NCBI GenBank assembly: GCA_963701095.1
Contig: OY969564.1
Span: 2,528,001 to 2,592,000 of the forward strand
DNA length: 64,000 nucleotides
Source of the DNA: an uncultured Methanoregulaceae archaeon
GTDB taxonomy: Archaea; Halobacteriota; Methanomicrobia; Methanomicrobiales; Methanospirillaceae
Direction: 5' to 3'
The position numbers and the translations under genes are program-made. This document shows, piece after piece, positions 10,020 to 17,736 of this stretch (the stretch's first letter is position 1; the number at the start of each line of letters is the position of its first letter). Under the pieces are notes generated by a model. That model saw only the letters and a program-made list of their open reading frames with translations, ran no database searches and had not been told where the DNA came from.

Positions 10020-10222
10020 TGGTAGCTTCGCAGGCAGTCCAGCACGCCACCCCCGGTTTATCTTTCGATGCAGGATCACAAAAACCCGCGTTTACTCCTA
10101 TCCGAGTACCTCATGCCACCGTTGAAGCATACCGACGATCCGAACCATTGTTCACGGAATTTCTGATTGAATCCGGGCGGGTCATTGTTGAAGGAATGCC
10201 GAACCGGCCGGAGGGGTCCTGA
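10019..10222 (+). CDS. Hypothetical protein (67 aa)
   Basis: Start and stop overlap with both neighbours (TGATG). Confidence 0.65.
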   Translation: MVASQAVQHATPGLSFDAGSQKPAFTPIRVPHATVEAYRRSEPLFTEFLIESGRVIVEGMPNRPEGS

Positions 10223-10434
10223 TGAAGAAATGTAGCCAGCCCCGGGCAGGGCAGGCCAGAAAAGAATTGGACATGATTAGTTCAACTCGTCCAATATTAA
10301 ACTATTGCCCGGCCTGCTCTAGCGACGGCACTCTCTGTGGATATTATGAGACAGACCGATGCCCGCACCGCGGAGGAGCGTTGGAAGAACTCCATCGGAT
10401 CTTCACTGAAAAGAGGCTGGAGGATGAACCGTGA
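10222..10434 (+). CDS. Small Cys-rich hypothetical protein (70 aa)
   Basis: CPAC..C..CPH; GGAGG upstream; coupled to neighbours. Confidence 0.6.
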   Translation: MKKCSQPRAGQARKELDMISSTRPILNYCPACSSDGTLCGYYETDRCPHRGGALEELHRIFTEKRLEDEP

Positions 10435-10958
10435 CAGCCTACGACAACATCCCGGAACCGCTAGTAGGAGCCCGCCGCTGGGTAACGTTCCGGGTAATCC
10501 CGCAGCCAGACGGATCGTTAAAAAAGATCCCGCTGACCATCCGGGGATCGATGGCAAGATCCGACACACCGGGAGACTGGTGTACCTTATCAGAGGTTCG
10601 CCGGGCGATCCAATTCGACATTGGCAATGCCGCTGCATTTGCTCTAGGCGAAGACTATCCGCTCCGGGTACTGGACCTCGACCACTGCATCGATGACCGG
10701 GGGAACCTATCGCCTCTAGCAGTACAGATCGTCAGCCGGGCCGGGGATACCTACATCGAAAAATCAGTGTCCGGTCACGGTCTACACGTTCTCGTATGGC
10801 GGTCTGAAAATAATTATCCGACCAACCCGGTCCCGGGTCTTGAAATCTATGGTGGGGCTCCGAGGTTCATAATCATGACCGGGAACTTGTGGGGGCCGAT
10901 CCCAACCAGCGATCCGGAATTCAACCGACAACTGGCATACGCGGAGGCACGAACTTGA
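10431..10958 (+). CDS. Stand-alone AEP primase-polymerase catalytic domain
   Basis: KKIP, LDLDHC (DxD), EKSVSGHGLHV (SxSGxGxH) and EIY..RFIIMTG motifs of phage/plasmid prim-pol domains; GTG overlaps the upstream TGA, GGAGG at 10420. Confidence 0.85.
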   Translation: MTAYDNIPEPLVGARRWVTFRVIPQPDGSLKKIPLTIRGSMARSDTPGDWCTLSEVRRAIQFDIGNAAAFALGEDYPLRVLDLDHCIDDRGNLSPLAVQIVSRAGDTYIEKSVSGHGLHVLVWRSENNYPTNPVPGLEIYGGAPRFIIMTGNLWGPIPTSDPEFNRQLAYAEART

Positions 10959-12886
10959 CAGCTGCCGCAGAAAACCCGACCGAACCGGAATACCGGCTGT
11001 GTTGTGACGATGTGCCGGAAGAGCCTGAAGAACTGGACGTGATGGAAGAACCGGACGAGGAGCCGGAAGAACAGGAAGAATGGGAAGAACAGACAACGGC
11101 CGCCAAAGTCACCAGAAAGCCGGAACCGGCTGTAATAATCAATCACACTACACAGCCGGCTAAAGTGCCGCAGAAGCAATCCGTGAGGCCAACACCGGCA
11201 CCTGTGGTAAATTCAGAGGCCGACCCACTGACCGGATTCTTATCGTCCCTGTCACCGTCATGTAAAGCCGAGGCTGTGAAGTATTCAGAAATTCCCGATA
11301 GGGACCTCAAGATCCCGACCGGGCAGAGCGCGACGGCAATCCTTGCGACATTCTGCAAGAAGTACGCAACCGTCCCGAAAGGCCAACGGAACCACACACT
11401 GTTTAAGTTGTCCTGCACTCTTCGCCGGTGCGGGTATGAGGAAAAAGACATCCTCGCGGGACTGTGGCAATTCTCCCGGGAGCATTGCAAGCCCCCGCAC
11501 AAGCAGAGCGACCGGAGTGATGTTGAGGAACTCACGCAACTCTCCAGGAGGGCCGCCCGCCATGTGCGGCCGGGTTTTCCTGTCGAGAAGGTGAAAGGGG
11601 AGCACACAACTGTGGCGAATGTATCGAACCCAGCCCCCGCCGCGATTGATTTGGATCCATGCGGGATTGATCCGGGAAACATCACCGGGGAAGAGATCAA
11701 AGATCTGATGTTAAAAGGGTTTCAGGCGAACTCCGCTGATATCGGATCGAATGATTCCTCCCTAATTTGCCTGTTGTCTTACATTGGAGGGCGAGAACTT
11801 ACCGGAGACGGACTCCACCTGAAAGTGTCCGGGGAATCACAAGGGGGGAAATCGATCACGATTGGTGCCGGACTGAACTGTTTACCCCCAGAGGACATAT
11901 ATGCCGGGGCCTGCACGCCGAAAGCGCCGATTTACGACAGCAGCCTTCAATCTGGAATCATCATAAAAATTGACGAATCCCAAAAATTAGAACCGGAGTT
12001 CTTGGCACTGATGAAGGAATCAGTATCGACGTTTCAAACCCCGGTCCTGTATCGAACGGTTATTGATAAAAAAACCGTAGTTAAACAGATCCCGCCGCGG
12101 ATTACCTGGGTGTTTGTCTCTGTCGATTCTATCGGGGACGAACAGGTGTTAAATCGCCTCTTCCCCCTCGGAGTTGATAGTAAGGAAAAATATCAGAACG
12201 TCACGGACTTCAGGCTGAAACGTAGGGAGGACGGGATTTCGAAAAATGCTGTGACTGACGATGTACTGCGAATACGTGCCGCCCTCCGACACTATCGTGA
12301 CAACCGGTTTAGGGTTCTGGTCCCATTTGCGTCACGGATCCGGTATAAGTCGCAGGTCAAAAGAGACCAGAGACTTCAGGAGTTTTTCGAAAATTGTCTG
12401 ATCTATCATGCAGCGCTTTGCTACCGGGAGCGGACCCACGATACCGGATCTGATGGAGTAATCACAGTTGAAGCAACCGAAGATGATTTTTATGCGGTCC
12501 TGAAACTACGGATCTTTAACCGACCCACAGAGGCAACCAACCGATTGAGTCCGTCCGAAATCCAACTGATCAAGGATATCGTGGCAAAAGGCCTCAATGG
12601 AACCACGTACCCCATCCCGCGGCAGGATCTGCTCAAGGTGGGGGCCGGTTATTCACAATCCCGACTATCCAACATCCTTAGGGGTCGCAACGGTGAAGAC
12701 AACGGGCTCTTGTGCAAGATCCCGGGATTCACTGAGGTGCAGGCGTCAACCGCAAACCGGGACGATTTGTGCCGATTCACTGAAAGGGCATATATCATCC
12801 CGGCAGAAATTTCAGATCTGGTACCGTCCAACGAGGGTATCGATGACCAATGTCAATCAATAGCCTGCCTGATCCCTCACGCCTGA
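10955..12886 (+). CDS. Replication protein: acidic linker, PriCT-like domain, P-loop (AAA+/MCM-like) helicase, C-terminal wHTH-like region
   Basis: PKGQRNHTLFKLSCTLRRCG..HCKPP (PriCT-1-like); Walker A GESQGGKS; Walker B IIKIDE; LNRLF Arg-finger-like; TTG at 10955 overlaps the primase TGA, GGAGG at 10943. Confidence 0.8.
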   Translation: MTAAAENPTEPEYRLCCDDVPEEPEELDVMEEPDEEPEEQEEWEEQTTAAKVTRKPEPAVIINHTTQPAKVPQKQSVRPTPAPVVNSEADPLTGFLSSLSPSCKAEAVKYSEIPDRDLKIPTGQSATAILATFCKKYATVPKGQRNHTLFKLSCTLRRCGYEEKDILAGLWQFSREHCKPPHKQSDRSDVEELTQLSRRAARHVRPGFPVEKVKGEHTTVANVSNPAPAAIDLDPCGIDPGNITGEEIKDLMLKGFQANSADIGSNDSSLICLLSYIGGRELTGDGLHLKVSGESQGGKSITIGAGLNCLPPEDIYAGACTPKAPIYDSSLQSGIIIKIDESQKLEPEFLALMKESVSTFQTPVLYRTVIDKKTVVKQIPPRITWVFVSVDSIGDEQVLNRLFPLGVDSKEKYQNVTDFRLKRREDGISKNAVTDDVLRIRAALRHYRDNRFRVLVPFASRIRYKSQVKRDQRLQEFFENCLIYHAALCYRERTHDTGSDGVITVEATEDDFYAVLKLRIFNRPTEATNRLSPSEIQLIKDIVAKGLNGTTYPIPRQDLLKVGAGYSQSRLSNILRGRNGEDNGLLCKIPGFTEVQASTANRDDLCRFTERAYIIPAEISDLVPSNEGIDDQCQSIACLIPHA

Positions 12887-12894
12887 CCACGACG

Positions 12895-13170
12895 TCCATT
12901 ACACCGCTACACACCTTTTGGGAGAAAAGGTAAGAAAGCAACCGAGAATCCAAAAACGTTAAACAAACCCATTTAACTTTTTTCTCCTACCTTACCTTTT
13001 TTTAGAAACAGTGTGTAACATCCCTCATTTTTACGTCTGTATAGTAGTAGTGTGTAGTGGCTGTGAAATGGTGTGTATTATGCTCGGAGGCGTACTGTGT
13101 ATGGGCTGTGTAATATGCTCATCCATTTCACACCCATTTCACACCCACTACACAGCACTTTACACAGCCC
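12895..13170. repeat. Putative replication origin: TGTGTA/TACACA iteron-like motifs and inverted repeats
   Basis: Inverted pairs 13051-13071/13134-13154 (20 of 21 bp), 13103-13113/13160-13170 (11 of 11), 12925-12934/12991-13000 (10 of 10); directly after the helicase gene. Confidence 0.7.
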
Positions 13171-13844
13171 AGACCCCCCCGGAATCCCCCCAAGCTCCTT
13201 ACCTCGAGAGTAACTCCGACAGTAAGTCCAAAACCCTGTTCCTTGTCACGAGGAGAGCACCGACTGTAAAAAAGAACCTGCAAGAATAATAACAACTTCT
13301 AAATATTATCCATGGTAATAATCCCAAAAATACCAACCATCCGCAGACGCGATGACCCGGACCCTCCTCTACCCATAACCATCAATGTTTTTTCAAGCAC
13401 ATTCCAAAAATGGTATGCGTCTCAATTTTGGAGGTCAACCGGGCCGTAACCGGGTGATAATCGCTATACGGGCTCCGTTTGCCAAAAGTCCCGAGAGATA
13501 TTGCCCCGATTGATTCCTGGACCTGTGTCCAGGGTGCCGGGCAAAGCCCTTGGTAGCTGTGGTCCTGGTCCCGGGCCCTGCCGAGCGGTGCCCTCTCACG
13601 TCGAACTGTCGCAGAATAGTTGTTCTGCGCAATGTGACCCCTCTATATAGTGCACGTCGTAGCGTATGCATTGCGTAGAATAATGATGAATAATAGTGGG
13701 TGTACAAGTGCACTTGTTCTAGGTTCACATCCGGAAGATAGAGCGCGATATATGCCAAGACCCTCGTACAAAAATCCGGGAATTTTCACCTTTTTTAGGC
13801 CTACCCGCTTCTACAAAAATCTTAAAAAAATGGGTTTTGGGAGA

Positions 13845-14081
13845 TCAACCGCCGGTAATATTCCGGACTGCACCGGAGAGCCCAGTGGTCCCCCTGGCGA
13901 TCTGGTTTGTCACGTTCGAGTAGTCCCGGGCGGTATCCTGTTGGATGTGGGGGTTTGCTGCCGATTCATAAGCTCCGATCCCGACACAGACCACAAGCAG
14001 AGCCCCAAGAACCAAGGCAGCGATGACAATCAGGATAGAGACTGTGATCGCGACTTTCCCACAGAATGAAACCAGGCTCAT
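13845..14081 (-). CDS. Small membrane protein (78 aa)
   Basis: One long hydrophobic segment VAITVSILIVIAALVLGALLVVCVGIGA; SD-like GGTGA upstream. Confidence 0.7.
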   Translation of the reverse strand: MSLVSFCGKVAITVSILIVIAALVLGALLVVCVGIGAYESAANPHIQQDTARDYSNVTNQIARGTTGLSGAVRNITGG

Positions 14082-14159
14082 TCTCTCACCTTTTGTATGG
14101 TGCTTCTTCCTCCGAGGGGATAAAGGTTGTTTTTTCGCGGGCGTCAGGTCGTAGAAAAT

Positions 14160-14186
14160 GTGTTCAACCGGTTCACCGTGTTCACA
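14160..14186. promoter_or_regulatory. Three tandem 9-bp repeats (core GTTCA) between divergent genes
   Basis: gtgttcaac-cggttcacc-gtgttcaca; TATA-like TTTATAT at 14214-14220. Confidence 0.5.
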
Positions 14187-14247
14187 ACTGCATTTGTTTT
14201 AACTAAAGTAAAGTTTATATTGGATGGTGCAGTATAGACTATTCATT

Positions 14248-14415
14248 ATGAGAACCATCGTCAGAGGAGAGAAAACGTACTCCTTAACCTCCGTGGCAAT
14301 CCCTGCGGATTTGAAGGCCCGGGCACAGGATCACGATGTCAACATGACCCAGGTCTGTGTGAATGCACTTGAACGGGAAGTCGAACGTCTGGAGAAGGCA
14401 GGGGTGCCGGCATGA
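14248..14415 (+). CDS. RHH protein (CcdA/VapB antitoxin-like)
   Basis: TSVAIPADLKARAQDHDVNMTQVCVNALEREV; ATG ~28 bp after a TATA-like box. Confidence 0.75.
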   Translation: MRTIVRGEKTYSLTSVAIPADLKARAQDHDVNMTQVCVNALEREVERLEKAGVPA

Positions 14416-14585
14416 GATCTGAAGAGCCCCAGACCGCTTCCGATGTGTGGTCCATCGACCGCAAACGGCAGGCAGAGACAGCCCTCCGGGAAAACGAAGC
14501 GTACCAGCGCGGTATGCTTGAAGGAATGCGGAAGTTTAACAGTACCCTGTTGAACCCCGAAAACAATCAGGAGATGGTGCAGTAA
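14412..14585 (+). CDS. 57-aa hypothetical protein, missing from the ORF track
   Basis: MRSEEPQTASDVWSIDRKRQAETALRENEAYQRGMLEGMRKFNSTLLNPENNQEMVQ; ATGA overlap upstream, next ATG 1 bp after the stop. Confidence 0.65.
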   Translation: MRSEEPQTASDVWSIDRKRQAETALRENEAYQRGMLEGMRKFNSTLLNPENNQEMVQ

Positions 14586-14586
14586 T

Positions 14587-15159
14587 ATGGCCGTTTCCGA
14601 AATGCAGATCGAAATTCTGCTCCGGCCCGTCCTTGCCGAGATGGAAAGAGGTTTTTTTAAAGTCGCCGATAAGCTCCAGCGGGACCAACTGGCGATCAAT
14701 GTTCAGGAGATTGAGGCAGGGTTTAGGAACGGCCAAAAAGCAACCCTGGCACAATACGCGGGCCTCAAATACTACAAAGACGACGACCCCGAACTGCGGG
14801 GCCTTCCAAAAGGGAACCGTAATATGGAACGGGCAAAGTTCAATAAGGGTGTCCGTGATGTCCTGCGAGCGATCCGGTGGTACCGCAAGCACCCAAACGC
14901 AACCGAACGAGATCTAATCCAGCTCCGGCAGATACTGCGGGATTTCCCGTCGACTCTGGATATCCGGGCGATTCCGACACTGGTGATGTGGGGTGATGTA
15001 CTTACGATGCTATCACGGGCCCAGACCGATGCAAAATTCGATCTCGATATGGAGGAGGACGCAGCTGATGAGAATATTCTCAAACCCCGGCATCCCGGTT
15101 CAAACCCGGAGGACGACGTGATGATCCGCAAGACTGATTTCCCGGAGTTAGACCGATAA
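14587..15159 (+). CDS. Hypothetical protein (190 aa)
   Basis: Operon context with tight spacing; no recognisable motif. Confidence 0.7.
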   Translation: MAVSEMQIEILLRPVLAEMERGFFKVADKLQRDQLAINVQEIEAGFRNGQKATLAQYAGLKYYKDDDPELRGLPKGNRNMERAKFNKGVRDVLRAIRWYRKHPNATERDLIQLRQILRDFPSTLDIRAIPTLVMWGDVLTMLSRAQTDAKFDLDMEEDAADENILKPRHPGSNPEDDVMIRKTDFPELDR

Positions 15160-15269
15160 TGCCCGCAAAACCGATTCGGTGCAGACAATGCGGACGGGTG
15201 TTCGCGGACCGGATGACCTTAATCCTGCACAAACCCTGTAAGGGCGTACCAGTCAAAACCAAACCATGA
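15159..15269 (+). CDS. 36-aa C2HC/C2H2-type zinc-finger microprotein, missing from the ORF track
   Basis: MPAKPIRCRQCGRVFADRMTLILHKPCKGVPVKTKP (CxxC-x3-F-x5-L-x2-H-x2-C); TAATG coupling. Confidence 0.7.
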   Translation: MPAKPIRCRQCGRVFADRMTLILHKPCKGVPVKTKP

Positions 15270-15528
15270 CCGGGGGGGCGAGCGGGTTTGTCACATTTTC
15301 CCGCGATGAACCCCGTGCCATCAAACCCCGTTACTACATTTTTTACACTCCCTGGGGGGGAAATTACAACCCCCGGGGGAATCGTGCCTTTTACCACAAT
15401 TGACTACCACCAGCATCGACAGCGGCGCCTCATAGACGCGTTTGCGCGGCGTTTCTCGTGCCGGATAGGTAAAAGTATGTAACAAGTGGAAAAAAGGCCG
15501 GTCTTAAGAGAAACAAACTTCAGAAAAG

Positions 15529-15613
15529 TGCGAGGGATGGGATTCGAACCCAAGAACTCCTACGAGATTAGGCCCTGAACCTAACGCCTTTGACCTGGCT
15601 TGGCTACCCTCGC
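15529..15613 (-). tRNA. Complete tRNA-Leu(CAG), 85 nt, inside the element
   Basis: gcgagggtagccaagccaggtcaaaggcgttaggttCAGggcctaatctcgtaggagttcttgggttcgaatcccatccctcgca folds as a cloverleaf with a long variable arm; TTTATA ~42 bp upstream. Confidence 0.96.
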
Positions 15614-15670
15614 CCAACTCTTTTTTGAGGGATCTTGTTTTTGTGCGATGCAGCGTATAAACCCTGTCCA

Positions 15671-15714
15671 AGGCCCTGAACCTAGCGCCGTTGACCTGGC
15701 TTGGCTACCCTCGC
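15671..15714 (-). pseudogene. 5' portion of the split host tRNA-Leu(CAG); contains the right att core 15671-15687
   Basis: Minus strand reads gcgagggtagccaagccaggtcaacggcgctaggttCAGggcct then diverges; TATA-like TTTATTAAA at 15738-15746. Confidence 0.92.
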
Positions 15715-15775
15715 GCCTGTATAGATTACGCTCTTGGTTTAATAAAGGTAAGGGAATGGGGATTGTGGCCGGAAA

Positions 15776-17607
15776 CTACTGTGAGTTCTGACCGTTTGCA
15801 GCCCGTTTGAGTTCCCGCTCCCGTAGTTCAATTCTCCGGATTTTACCTGAGATGGTTTTGGGCAGGGAATCGACAAACTCGATTGCCCGGGGATATTTAT
15901 ACGGCGCTGTCACCTTTTTTACATGACTCTGGAGATCCCGGACCAGAGCATCTGACGGACTAAACCCGGGTTTTAAGATCACAAACGCCTTGACGATCAA
16001 GCCCCGGATGTCATCGGGGGAACCAACAACTGCTGCCTCCTGGACAGAAGGATGCTCAATAAGAGCGCTTTCCACTTCGAACGGACCGATACGGTAACCC
16101 GAAGCTTTGATCACGTCATCGTCACGGCCGATGAACCAAAAATAACCGTCTTCATCCTTATACGCCTTGTCGCCAGTGTAGTACCAACCATTCACAAACG
16201 ATTTCTTGTTCTCTTCGGGATTGTTGATATACTCGGTAAACATGCCGACCGGCCACGGATCAAGCTTGATCGCAATTCTTCCCTCTTCATGGCCTCCTAC
16301 CGGGTTCCCGTGCTCATCATGAAGTTCGATTATCCACCCGGTGCTGGTTTTCCCATAGCCCCAAAACGCGCCTCCATACAGGGAAATGTCCCGATACACA
16401 GTACAGTTTCGGTCTGGCCGTAGCCTTCGTAGATGGTCAGGCCGGTTGCGTCCTTCCAGGCTTTGATAACCTCGGGGTTGAGAGGCTCGCCGGCACTTAC
16501 GCAGTGGCGGAGTTCGGAGAAGTCAAACTTGTCAAGATCGGCGAGGATCAGCATCCGGTAGATAGTAGGGGGGCAGCAGAATGTCGATATGCCGTACCGT
16601 TCGATCAGCGGCAGGAGTTCGGTCGCGTTAAACCGGCCCCGGATATCGTAAACGAAAATGGCAGTCCCCTCAAGCCACGGGCCGTAGAGTTTCCCCCATG
16701 CACTTTTTCCCCAACCGGTATCAGAAAAGGTGAAATGGAGGTCGTTCTGGCGGACATCGTGCCAGAACCGGGAGGTCACCATATGACCAAGTGCATAGCT
16801 CTGACTGTGCAGCACCATCTTTGCTTCCCCGGTAGTCCCTGAAGTAAAGAAGATGAGCATTGGATCGGTAGCTTTGGTTCTTTTCATACCGGGAAGGTTA
16901 ACCAGTTTTGCCGAGACCGGTGCCGGGTAGTCGAGTTCAACTGGGTAACTGATCCATCCGGATCTTTTGCCATCAATGAGGAAGCGGCAGGTCAGGGAAG
17001 GGCACTGGCTTGCAATAGCATCAATTTTATCTGCAAATTCTTCGGACGTGATCACCATCTTGATATCAGCCGCGTTAATCCGGTACTTCAGGTCGTGTTC
17101 GGTAAGCATGGTCGGGGCCGGGCAGTAGACCGCTCCGCGTTTAATGAGGGCAATAGTGGCAATCCACCACTCCGGTACCCGGGGCAGCATAATGAGAACA
17201 CGGTCGCCTTTGTTCACACCGTACTTGATAAGCATATTAACGACCTGGTTGGAGAGACGCATCAGGTCCCAGAATGTGTATTTCTTTTCGTCGCCTTTCT
17301 GGTTCGTCCAGATCATGGCAAGCTTGTTCCTGTCTTTCTTTGCCCATGCGTCAATAACATCAAAACCGAAGTTGAAGTACTCGGGAACCTCGATATGGAA
17401 ATCTCGGTAGGTAGCGTCGTAATCGCGCATGTTCGGCCCGGGTGCTCCGGTATCCGGAAGGGTACATGCGAGGCTGGATGTATTTGTAGTCAGGTGACCG
17501 GAACAAGCCTCTGCAATCCAGTCAGAACGCGAAATCTTCCGATGTTCACAGACCTTATCGATACTACTTGTCAGGGTATCGTCCATGGAAATTGAATACC
17601 GCACCAT
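15776..17607 (-). CDS. Acyl-CoA synthetase (AMP-forming) with N-terminal RHH domain; frameshift at ~16338
   Basis: FFTSGTTGEAK, EGYGQTE, GRDDDVIK and LPKTISGKIRR motifs; N-terminus MVRYSISMDDTLTSSIDKVCEHRKISRSDWIAEAC; one missing base joins GKPAPG-WIIELHD. Confidence 0.9.
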
Positions 17608-17736
17608 ACATTTCGTTTTGTTGGTGCACTTTATCAGTATTTTGCTTTTCTCATGAACCAAAATATCATATGGTGCTATTTTCTGGTGCTCTCAACTAAA
17701 AAATGCTAAAACTAAAAGAGATTGAAAAAGTGATTC

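Larger units (their letters stand above)
7945..15687. mobile_element. Integrated ~7.7 kb integrative element or putative virus satellite at tRNA-Leu(CAG)
   Basis: 17-bp direct repeats, complementary tRNA halves outside them, integrase next to the left end, primase/helicase module, origin-like repeats, small regulators and a cargo tRNA. Confidence 0.9.

Noticed and set aside
13011..13289. 92-aa Cys/Val-rich ORF
   Set aside because: Its composition simply reflects the TGTG/CACA repeats of the origin-like region
7904..15586. Conventional att pair: 7904-7961 versus the 3' part of the intact tRNA (15529-15586)
   Set aside because: This pairing has 3 mismatches and leaves the 5' fragment at 15671-15714 unexplained; the two outer fragments share a perfect core and the same stem allele
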